Shown: in pieces, positions 7,913 to 15,132 of the stretch
Layout of the letters: the number at the start of each line of letters is the position of its first letter
Numbering within the stretch: position 1 is the first letter of the stretch
IMG/VR virus record: IMGVR_UViG_3300048599_000187
Location: 1-45,351 of that record
From: a virus
Lineage: Duplodnaviria; Caudoviricetes
Length of the DNA: 45,351 nucleotides
Reading direction: 5' to 3' (one strand)
Program-made: the position numbers and the translations under genes
Notes under the pieces: generated by a model
What the model was told of the DNA's origin: nothing
Seen by the model: the letters and a program-made list of their open reading frames with translations, nothing else
The model's database searches: none

Positions 7913-8303
7913 GGCGTAGTATATAAATGGTGTGTTCAGTTGACTCGTCATTGTGAAATGTTAGCCAAGTATCCTTACCCGCTTGCTCAAGTAGGCACAG
8001 CCATAGAAATCGCTCGTACTGGGATTCAATTGCACCACCTTCTGGTGCACTATCAAAATTGCGTGGCCACCACGGGCATGACTGTGGGTACTCAGCAAAG
8101 CCAGCTAGGGTGTTATTAACGATATTCACGTGCTGTTCTGTTACTGGAAAGGGTAAAAGATCGTCCAACGCTGCACGTAAACAAGTACAGGTGTATTTAT
8201 TAACCGCACTAATACGGTGTTCCGGCAAAGTCCACTGATCCCTGGATAAGTACGTCTGTGCTTGTCTAGCGATGGTTGAAAAACGTAGCCTTTTAGAAGC
8301 CAT
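7875..8303 (-). CDS. Hypothetical Cys-rich protein, paralogue family A
   Basis: LRFSTIARQAQTYL / YTCTCL / WWP / RFLWLCLLEQAGK. Confidence 0.85.
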   Translation of the reverse strand: MASKRLRFSTIARQAQTYLSRDQWTLPEHRISAVNKYTCTCLRAALDDLLPFPVTEQHVNIVNNTLAGFAEYPQSCPWWPRNFDSAPEGGAIESQYERFLWLCLLEQAGKDTWLTFHNDESTEHTIYILRHETQNDSIINIG

Positions 8304-8304
8304 G

Positions 8305-8469
8305 TTAATCCTGATTTATCCAAAGGTACAGTGGGGGGGTTTTCTTGCCTAACCGTTTAGCCTCCATTGCAGTCAGTCGGTGGCTTCGCTGTTCACCATT
8401 ATAGGACGAGTAATAGATACCCTGTCCCGTGGATCCTAGATAGAACTCAGTGGTTTTTTTTATAGTCAT
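8305..8469 (-). CDS. Small hypothetical protein (54 aa, not in the ORF track)
   Basis: Hand translation MTIKKTTEFYLGSTGQGIYYSSYNGEQRSHRLTAMEAKRLGKKTPPLYLWINQD*; the stop is 1 nt before the next ATG. Confidence 0.6.
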   Translation of the reverse strand: MTIKKTTEFYLGSTGQGIYYSSYNGEQRSHRLTAMEAKRLGKKTPPLYLWINQD

Positions 8470-8484
8470 GTTTCATAACAAAAA

Positions 8485-8690
8485 TTGGTGAGGGGCTTCA
8501 CACCCCTCTTGGGCCTGTTGTGGTTAGCACAACTGTTTGCATCATCTGGGCCTGGATGAACTAATAGGATACAATATGAGTGTGGCTTTATTTTATAAGG
8601 CGCCACCATACCTTATTCAGCTTTTTATTTATTAACAACGAACAGAGGGGCTAGGTGCCCCACGTAATGATGCCGATTTACGACATCAAG
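8485..8690 (-). ncRNA. Structured intergenic RNA: several hairpins plus an H-type pseudoknot (8582-8616)
   Basis: Sense RNA contains UGAUGUCG/CGGCAUCA, GGGGC/GCCCC, pseudoknot AUAAGG-UAUG-GUGGC-G-CCUUAU-AAAAUAAA-GCCAC, GUUGUG/CACAAC and GAGGGG/CCCCUC, followed by a U-rich tract. Confidence 0.55.
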
Positions 8691-9338
8691 TTAGACAGAG
8701 TACTCAGCGGTGAGACTCTCGCGCTCACGCTTGCGACGCTGGTCCTCAGAAACCGCACGGGCGACGGAGTCCACAGTGACCTCGACGTGCCAGGTAGCAC
8801 CGAGCTTTTCGCTGAGTTGCTGCGCCAGTGCGGCGAGCTTTCCAGACTTTTCAGCCTGCTCAGCCAGCTTGATGTATGCCTTCGCCACGGTACGCGGACC
8901 AGAGGGTGCACGTTCCGTTTCCGACGGATCAAACGGGATTGAATCCATCGTGCTCTGGGCGAGCGTCTGGAACGAGGCAGCGGCCGCTTCAGTCGAGGGG
9001 AAGGCACCCTGGAGGACGAGCTGAGCGAGCACCCGTTTGAAGTACTCATTCTCGGTTTCAATGTAGCGAGTCATCGGCTCACCCGATTCCTCGTCAATCT
9101 TCGCCGTCCCGTCCATCTTCGTGATCACCTCGGTTTTACGGGGAATACCCGTATTGTTTTCGACCGCTTCAGAGAAAGCGGCGCGGAACTTGGCGAGGGT
9201 TGAGCGATAGAGGACGTTAAACACCGCAGACTCAAGTGCGGCACCGGCTTTCTTCGCCAGAGCATCGTATTCGTCAATAGTTTCGGGGACATTGACCCCA
9301 AGGTCAAATCCAATTGAACTGACAGTCTTATTGATCAT
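8691..9338 (-). CDS. Hypothetical protein ending LTAEYSV
   Basis: 215 aa with GC-rich codon bias; flanked by structured leader and trailer sequences. Confidence 0.8.
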   Translation of the reverse strand: MINKTVSSIGFDLGVNVPETIDEYDALAKKAGAALESAVFNVLYRSTLAKFRAAFSEAVENNTGIPRKTEVITKMDGTAKIDEESGEPMTRYIETENEYFKRVLAQLVLQGAFPSTEAAAASFQTLAQSTMDSIPFDPSETERAPSGPRTVAKAYIKLAEQAEKSGKLAALAQQLSEKLGATWHVEVTVDSVARAVSEDQRRKRERESLTAEYSV

Positions 9339-9353
9339 AACAGTTATGGTTTT

Positions 9354-9409
9354 GTGGTGGAAAAAATGCAGGCCACCACTTCCTGCTTGGGAAGAAAAAC
9401 CATCTTCCC
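9354..9409 (-). promoter_or_regulatory. 5' leader hairpin plus H-type pseudoknot ending 15 nt before ATG 9338
   Basis: GGGAAGA/UCUUCCC hairpin, then GCAGG-AA-GUGGUGG-CCUGC-AUUUUUU-CCACCAC. Confidence 0.6.
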
Positions 9410-9420
9410 TTTGGCATTGT

Positions 9421-9440
9421 TGCTAAGGCGCGGAAGGCTT
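9421..9440 (-). promoter_or_regulatory. AAGCC-N10-TAGCA element, copy 1 (putative early promoter)
   Basis: AAGCC TTCCGCGCCT TAGCA; the same spacing recurs at 11456 and 12523. Confidence 0.5.
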
Positions 9441-9586
9441 GGGACGCGATTTTGCGGCTTGTTTGGCCAGCTGTTTTTTACCAACGTGGGGTGAGTACTT
9501 ACTCCTACTACAGGAACCGTGATCTTTTTTAGATGGAAGAGAGGACAGATTTCTGGTGGTAAAGTTAAAGTATTGAGACTGATGCA

Positions 9587-9880
9587 TTACAAAAACTGCT
9601 CTCCTTTCTCAACCGACGTGAACTCCTCAGGCCGGGACTCAATCTCAGTCAACAGCGTCGTTAGTCGTGTCATAACGAGTTTACGTGCCGCGATTTCTCG
9701 CTGCACACTCTCGAACTCCTTTTTACGCTCGATTTCAAGCTCCTCACGAGTTTTGCCCGGTTCGAACACGATTTTGAGGATGTTTCCAAGAAGGGAGTTC
9801 GTAGCCGGCTCATGTTCCCACAAAGCAATTCCCTTTTTAAGGATTGCGAGTTCTGAATCTGTAACCTGCAGTGTTTTCAT
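9587..9880 (-). CDS. Hypothetical protein
   Basis: 97 aa, charged and helical; A/C-rich leader. Confidence 0.7.
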   Translation of the reverse strand: MKTLQVTDSELAILKKGIALWEHEPATNSLLGNILKIVFEPGKTREELEIERKKEFESVQREIAARKLVMTRLTTLLTEIESRPEEFTSVEKGEQFL

Positions 9881-9912
9881 TGTTGTTGTTGGTTTTGGGT
9901 TGACGGAAAAGA

Positions 9913-10317
9913 TTAAATAAAGAACGCTCGTAGGATTATGTTCCTGTCAGAGACGCTGGAGTGCTTTCCGAGTCCCACTGATTCACCAAATGTGGAGACA
10001 TCTACAGTATCATCAGTATTTATACTAATACGACAGAACCCGGCACTAGTAATTTCACGACCAGAAGCTACTTTAGCTAGTTGTATATGCGTCATACTTT
10101 CCGGCCCGAGTACAACTTGTATTTCATCAAAAATGACGTACTTCAGTCGACGGGATAGTTTAAAGCTTTCTGCACTCGCACTGCTTCTTTTCCACTCTTG
10201 AAGCAGAACTCTCAGGTCCGCTACAGGAACCGATACCGAGGAAAGCGCGTTATGGTCAGCTCGATCAATACAAAGAGAAATAGATGCTGCCCATGCTGGC
10301 GATGTTATTGTGCTCAT
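9913..10317 (-). CDS. Hypothetical phage protein (SAGF...GES motif)
   Basis: Start set to ATG 10317 (ATGA overlap); KYVIFD...ITSAGFCRI...FGESVGLG. Confidence 0.7.
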   Translation of the reverse strand: MSTITSPAWAASISLCIDRADHNALSSVSVPVADLRVLLQEWKRSSASAESFKLSRRLKYVIFDEIQVVLGPESMTHIQLAKVASGREITSAGFCRISINTDDTVDVSTFGESVGLGKHSSVSDRNIILRAFFI

Positions 10318-10817
10318 GCCGTTACCACTCCCACGATTGTCATTACCACTGTCACCACGCAAATGATAATAAGCGTGACCAGTACCGGATCGCGCAAGGG
10401 TTTTTGTTGGTGTGTATCCATAATTGATTTGAACCGGCTGTTATTTTTAAGCAGGTCCTGGATTTCTTGTTGAAGGTTGGAAACATTCCAGCGCAGCTGA
10501 CGGTTTTCTTTTAACAACCAGTTACGTTTCTCACTCAGTCGAACTGCTGCTTGGTAATATCGACTAGCAACCCTTGTAGTTGCGTGTTCTTGTAACTTAC
10601 TTCTCAAGCCCCGATTTTCCGCCCACGCGTTATTGAGAGCTTGTTTAAGCCGCTTAAGCTGCTTAATAAATTCATCAACTTGTTTGGACTGAGCCACGCG
10701 GTTAGCTATGTAGTGATCTAACGCGTTACGTAGCGCGTCGTCTTCCGTTGGCGGTGTTACTGGCTTGTCAAAGTCGTTGTCGACGACTGTATCATCTTTA
10801 TCCGTTGAGTTATTCAT
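10314..10817 (-). CDS. Coiled-coil protein with a C-terminal transmembrane anchor
   Basis: Heptad repeats, then PVLVTLIIICVVTVVMTIVGVVTA. Confidence 0.75.
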   Translation of the reverse strand: MNNSTDKDDTVVDNDFDKPVTPPTEDDALRNALDHYIANRVAQSKQVDEFIKQLKRLKQALNNAWAENRGLRSKLQEHATTRVASRYYQAAVRLSEKRNWLLKENRQLRWNVSNLQQEIQDLLKNNSRFKSIMDTHQQKPLRDPVLVTLIIICVVTVVMTIVGVVTA

Positions 10818-10829
10818 AACGAAATTGGT

Positions 10830-11423
10830 TTAAACATCGTACTCACTTAAAAGCTGTTCCAACGACCTCGTGGCTTTTTTGACTACCTTCGTCGTTGCAC
10901 CCACAACCCGCTCTTTTTCAACATGGCACTCCGCCCGCTGGGCATCTTTAGCCTGTGCGGCATCCATGAACTCACCCCAGTGGTCTATCACTACCGCCAC
11001 CATCAAATGCCGCCGATTACTTGGCACATGCTCTTCTGAGTGTAGTATGACCCGTTTAATCATCTGACCACCGTCAAACATCGCCACTTCATCTACCCTG
11101 ACCAGCCTCGACGGGGTCATCCCAAACCGCTCCCTCAGGACGTCTCGCTGGCCCGGCGTCAACTCATACGCTCGGCCAACGACCATCCCACACCCCAGCG
11201 TGGGCCGACCATCGCCCATACTTAAATGATCCTCAATACTCGGCACTGGCCCTACGGACCACCTGCGGTCCGCCTCGTCCGGCACCCGCTTATCATCCTC
11301 GACCCGCTGGGTCAGCGCATCTTGAACCCCTTTCACCGGCAACCCATACGCCCTTAGCGTATCAATTGCCTCTTGAAGTTTCACCAGCGATTCACCATTG
11401 TTATTTGTCATAAAATCTCTCAT
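10830..11423 (-). CDS. Hypothetical early protein ending LLSEYDV
   Basis: 197-aa ORF; first gene to the left of the control region. Confidence 0.75.
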   Translation of the reverse strand: MRDFMTNNNGESLVKLQEAIDTLRAYGLPVKGVQDALTQRVEDDKRVPDEADRRWSVGPVPSIEDHLSMGDGRPTLGCGMVVGRAYELTPGQRDVLRERFGMTPSRLVRVDEVAMFDGGQMIKRVILHSEEHVPSNRRHLMVAVVIDHWGEFMDAAQAKDAQRAECHVEKERVVGATTKVVKKATRSLEQLLSEYDV

Positions 11424-11455
11424 AAAATTGATTTGCTACTGCTCCGCTTCCCCAT

Positions 11456-11475
11456 TGCTATTTCCCGGGAGGCTT
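11456..11475 (-). promoter_or_regulatory. AAGCC-N10-TAGCA element, copy 2
   Basis: GTCCTAAGCCTCCCGGGAAATAGCAA versus GTCCCAAGCCTTCCGCGCCTTAGCAA at 9.4 kb. Confidence 0.5.
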
Positions 11476-11521
11476 AGGACCAGCTTAAACTCTTAAACCT
11501 TCCGCCCAAGCCGCTCGCCGC

Positions 11522-11548
11522 CGTCCTTATCAATAACTGATCCCGACC
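11522..11548 (+). promoter_or_regulatory. 27-bp dyad motif, copy 2
   Basis: CGT CCTT ATCA ATAAC TGAT CCCG ACC in the non-coding control region. Confidence 0.65.
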
Positions 11549-11596
11549 AGCGCCGAGAGCCCGCTGTCCCGGCCCAGCCCGGCCCGCTGCGGCTCT

Positions 11597-11620
11597 TCCT
11601 CCTCCTCCTCCTCCTCCTCC
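11597..11620. repeat. (TCC)8 / (GGA)8 microsatellite
   Basis: Read directly from the sequence. Confidence 0.9.
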
Positions 11621-11920
11621 CTGCCTGCTATTGAGATTCATTCCCATGCATGGGCGGCCCACCCACGAATCTTTCCCTGCCCCTTATCGGATAGGGGGGG
11701 GTCCCGGGGCCCTGCCCGGCTGGCCTGCCACACCAGCCCCTGCATACCCTCTCCCCACACTCCCACCCTGACCCTGATTCCTACACTAGTAAACGAAAAA
11801 AAAAATACTGTACGTTTACGTAAGGCCCCTCTCACACCAGCGCCCGCGGCTGGCACCCGCTGGTCCCCAGCGCCTGGCCCACCCGCTCGTCAAGCCCGGC
11901 GTAGCCCGCTGGGCACGGGA

Positions 11921-11951
11921 GGGTAGGCAGGGAATCTAGCCTTCCCTACCC
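11921..11951. other. GC-rich hairpin (terminator or structural element)
   Basis: GGGTAGG-C-AGGG-AATCTAG-CCTT-C-CCTACCC. Confidence 0.4.
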
Positions 11952-12158
11952 CTATGACCCTTCGGGATGGAATAAATTCGTGGGTGGCCCAGCCACGCAG
12001 GCGCGGAGAGGCGAGGCGCAAGGCGGCGGGCATGAGAAGGCGGGCGAGGCTGCGCCAGCGCCTCCTAGGGCTATTAAAAAGGCAGGAAAGGGCATTGCTG
12101 CGCCGATCCTGCCTGAAGCTAAGCAGGCCTAGGCTGCCTCAGCGCAGCCCGGGCTCTT

Positions 12159-12476
12159 TTAAACATCATACTGGCTTGTCAGCCCTTTCGTCGCCGTCAG
12201 CACGCCAGCCTTTTCCAGCTCCTGCCGAAGCTGGCTTGCATTTAACAACGAGCCGCTGAGCGCCGCTTTAAGGACCGCCCGGCGCTCGTCCTCGTCTCCG
12301 CTTCCACAATACGCGCCCAACACCTCGTCAAGCGCATACGCCACCACCACAATATGCCTCGCTTTCGGCATCCCCTCGGTCGGGCTGCCTTTAGCGATCT
12401 GGGCTTTCACGGCGTCTTTGACCGCTTCCATCGTGGCTTCCCTGACTTCTAGTACCTTCGCATTGTCAAGCATCAT
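12159..12476 (-). CDS. Hypothetical early protein ending LTSQYDV
   Basis: 105 aa with protein-like composition; has an upstream AAGCC-N10-TAGCA element and the shared C-terminal motif. Confidence 0.75.
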   Translation of the reverse strand: MMLDNAKVLEVREATMEAVKDAVKAQIAKGSPTEGMPKARHIVVVAYALDEVLGAYCGSGDEDERRAVLKAALSGSLLNASQLRQELEKAGVLTATKGLTSQYDV

Positions 12477-12522
12477 ATTGTATTAAGCGCCCTTGGCATC
12501 ATTGCTTCATGCGCTCATATCA

Positions 12523-12542
12523 TGCTATCCGGCGTCGGGCTT
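12523..12542 (-). promoter_or_regulatory. AAGCC-N10-TAGCA element, copy 3
   Basis: AAGCC CGACGCCGGA TAGCA(T); can also be read as GTGAGA-N17-TAGCAT. Confidence 0.5.
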
Positions 12543-12769
12543 TTTCTCACCCTGCACCCTATCGCTCCTGAGACCCAATATCACCATCGCCGCCGCCCGC
12601 CGCTGGACCCTTGACCTCCCTCAGGGGTACCTTTGCCACGCCGGGGTGCGGGCGTAGCTCAGGTCCTCACTCCCGTGGTTTTTTAACCAAAGAAACCTGG
12701 TAGGTCTGGAAAGCGTGAAAAGCTGGGGCTGGGGAAGCCAGAAAAGGCGCGGAAAGCGCGGAAAGGCGC

Positions 12770-12798
12770 TTGCGGGCAGCGGGTGGGGACCCTATGGT
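12770..12798 (+). promoter_or_regulatory. Sigma70-like rightward promoter
   Basis: TTGCGG-N17-TATGGT; the expected +1 falls on ATG 12805. Confidence 0.45.
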
Positions 12799-12804
12799 AC
12801 GGGC

Positions 12805-12990
12805 ATGGGGGAAGAGGTGAAAATTTTGGAGGCTACGGGGACCGGGCTGCAGAAGCTCGGGATTTTTCGTCGTTGCGCACTAGAGGTGGTAGTCGGGGTT
12901 AACAACGGGAAGAATGAGCCAGTTCTGGGTCCGCAAGCCCAAGCGATCGTGGACGGGGCGAGTAAACTAATTTCTGGTAGGAATCAATAA
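12805..12990 (+). CDS. Small hypothetical protein (61 aa), possibly leaderless
   Basis: In-frame ATG of track ORF 12715..12990 (MGEEVKILEA...); ends 12 nt before terS. Confidence 0.5.
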   Translation: MGEEVKILEATGTGLQKLGIFRRCALEVVVGVNNGKNEPVLGPQAQAIVDGASKLISGRNQ

Positions 12991-13002
12991 ATAATATACA
13001 CC
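12976..13002 (+). promoter_or_regulatory. 27-bp dyad motif, copy 3
   Basis: GGT AGGA ATCA ATAAA TAAT ATAC ACC, directly followed by the terS ATG. Confidence 0.65.
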
Positions 13003-13596
13003 ATGGAAAGTATTCCGCATCCCGCGGTGGATAAACCGCAAGTTGCTGCTGACCGAGAGCTGACGAATGAAAGAGTTCGTCGGATGCGGGTGACGCTGGA
13101 GGAGTACATGAATCCGACCATCGCCGCCAAGAGGTTGCCAGCACGGACTATCATGACAGAGAAGCCGATACACACCGCTATTGCGTATATGCTAGCGGCT
13201 GGAAGGACCAGGAAAGAGGTTGCAGCGGCGACTGGGGTCAGCGAGTCTGGCATATCCGACCTTCTCGCACAGCCCTGGTTCTGTAAGCGGCTTAAAGAGA
13301 TCGCCGACGCTGGTGGCAGAGACATGGTTAAGTCATTTTTCGAGTGCGAGGTCATCCCTTCCCTGGAGGTCCTGCGTGAGATTCGTGACAATCCACAGGC
13401 CAAAGACGCAGCTCGTATCGCTGCCGTTAACTCCCTACTTAACCGCGGCTTGGGTCTTCCAGTTGCCTACGTCGAGTCTAAAACAACTCTTAATATTCAC
13501 ACCGCGGCAGCCGCCGCCGATCAAGTACAATCCGAATTGGAAAAGATCGACCGTGAGCTTTCTGACCGCGGTGTGAAGATTTCTCAGGGGAACTAA
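13003..13596 (+). CDS. terS: Terminase small subunit (HTH)
   Basis: HTH AYMLAAGRTRKEVAAATGVSESGISDLL and ARIAAVNSLLNRGLG; immediately upstream of terL. Confidence 0.75.
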   Translation: MESIPHPAVDKPQVAADRELTNERVRRMRVTLEEYMNPTIAAKRLPARTIMTEKPIHTAIAYMLAAGRTRKEVAAATGVSESGISDLLAQPWFCKRLKEIADAGGRDMVKSFFECEVIPSLEVLREIRDNPQAKDAARIAAVNSLLNRGLGLPVAYVESKTTLNIHTAAAAADQVQSELEKIDRELSDRGVKISQGN

Positions 13597-13623
13597 CCAC
13601 AATTCGCATCCTATAATTAAACA

Positions 13624-15132
13624 GTGGCTTGGGACCCTCTCACAGCGTACATGATGGAAAATCTTCCTAACGACATCGAGCTTTTGCTGCAACGTAAACT
13701 AGTTTTACGTCGTCGTCAGTTGGACCTGGCTAAACGCTTCGGGCTGCTATATTACTCCCCGTACAGCAAGCAGGACTCTTTCCACCGCGCTGGCACTTTC
13801 AAACATCGCATGTTTAGAGCTGGTAACCGCAGTGGAAAATCCACCATGGGAGCCGCGGAAGACTGCTCGTGGCTTCTCGGTTACCGGCCCTTTTATAAAG
13901 AATCTGACCCTGCAAGAACCGCTGGTATCCCGCAACATCCCAATAAAGGCTTGGTCATTACCAACGACTGGGAAAAGGTTAAGGAAATCTGGACCAGCCC
14001 AGCGACGGGTAAGATTTGGAAGTTTCTCCCTGACGGGTTTGTTAAGAGTACCTCCCGTAACCACAGTGGGGCCATCGACACCATAGTTTGTGAAAACAGT
14101 TCCGTGTTAAAATTTGATGTCGTCGAATCCTTTATCCGCTCCCCAATGGGATCTGAGTCATCCGATTTTGACTTCTTGCACGTCGACGAACCCTGTCCTC
14201 GCGATATGTACATAGCCAATTCTCGTGGTCTTATTGATCGCAACGGCTCCGACTGGTTCACCCTTACCCCTCTTCAGCAGCTTTGGATAAATGACATGTT
14301 TTTCCCGTCTGACGCTAAGGATAAACTAGCCTCAGCCTGGTGCATCATTGGTTCTACCTACGATAACCCATTTCTAACCAAAGACGGCATCGCTGAGTTT
14401 GAAAAGCTTATCACCGAGGACGAGAGACAATGCCGCATGTACGGTCTGCCACTAGAGCTTTCTGGTCTTGTATACAAAGAATTCCGTCGGGATATACACG
14501 TTTTTGAAAATGTCCCTTGTGGGTGGTCAGGCTATAACGATCCTCCGAAGGAGTACACCATCTACACTGCCATCGACACGCACCCCAAAGTTCCCCACGC
14601 CGTTCTCTTCATCGCTGTCGGGCCGTCGGGTCTCCCTATCGTCTATGACGAGATTTTTCTTCACACATCAGCGACTGAACTAGCTAGTTTAATCCTGGCC
14701 AAGCTTAAAGGCCGTAACTACGTCCCTCCCAAATGTGAGCCTGCCGCCTGGATAGAAGACCCTGAAACTGGTCGTTCCCTTGCACAAATGTTTGCTGAAG
14801 CGGGTCTGCCCGTGCTTAAAGCCTCCAAGGGTAAAACCCATGGCATCCTTAACCTCAAGGGCATTTTTAATAAGCGTGACCCCCTGGGGATTAAATTCTG
14901 CCCTACAGTCCACCGCACTTTGTGGGAAATCCAGCGGTACTGCTTCGACCCCAAAACCAACAAGCCTGTCGACGCTGACGACCATATGATGGAAGACTTG
15001 TACCGTTTAATGATTAACAACCCACAATGGATCAACGAATCCACGCCCAGTGAACCCATCACCGCTGAGCCCATCCTTTCCACTCTCAGAATTAACGACG
15101 ATATTGGGACGGCAGATATGTCGCTCAATTAG
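13624..15132 (+). CDS. terL: Terminase large subunit
   Basis: Walker A AGNRSGKST, Walker B FLHVDE, coupling motif TLTP, RNase H-like AIDTHP and DDHMMEDLYR. Confidence 0.95.
   Translation: MAWDPLTAYMMENLPNDIELLLQRKLVLRRRQLDLAKRFGLLYYSPYSKQDSFHRAGTFKHRMFRAGNRSGKSTMGAAEDCSWLLGYRPFYKESDPARTAGIPQHPNKGLVITNDWEKVKEIWTSPATGKIWKFLPDGFVKSTSRNHSGAIDTIVCENSSVLKFDVVESFIRSPMGSESSDFDFLHVDEPCPRDMYIANSRGLIDRNGSDWFTLTPLQQLWINDMFFPSDAKDKLASAWCIIGSTYDNPFLTKDGIAEFEKLITEDERQCRMYGLPLELSGLVYKEFRRDIHVFENVPCGWSGYNDPPKEYTIYTAIDTHPKVPHAVLFIAVGPSGLPIVYDEIFLHTSATELASLILAKLKGRNYVPPKCEPAAWIEDPETGRSLAQMFAEAGLPVLKASKGKTHGILNLKGIFNKRDPLGIKFCPTVHRTLWEIQRYCFDPKTNKPVDADDHMMEDLYRLMINNPQWINESTPSEPITAEPILSTLRINDDIGTADMSLN

Noticed and set aside
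8485-8560. tRNA gene (minus strand ends ...CCCCUCACCA)
   Set aside because: No 7-bp acceptor stem or TTCRA loop; kept only as part of the structured RNA.
9430-11480. GUCC(C/U)AAGCC resembling the twister ribozyme L4 loop
   Set aside because: Flanks cannot form P4, P2 or P1; better explained as part of the AAGCC-N10-TAGCA element.
11424-11785. Extra half-sites of the 27-bp dyad (GTAGCAAATCAAT near 11430, GTAGGAATCAG near 11775; also a weak match at 3754-3780)
   Set aside because: Only one arm or wrong spacing; not counted among the seven.
11474-12259. Track ORFs 11474..11662, 11638..11856 and 11954..12259
   Set aside because: Low-complexity Gly/Arg translations of GC-rich non-coding DNA, lacking the genome's typical start context.
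9411-12506. Sigma54 promoters (TTGGCA...TTGC on the plus strand at 9411 and 12493)
   Set aside because: GG-to-GC spacing is 7 nt, not the required 10.
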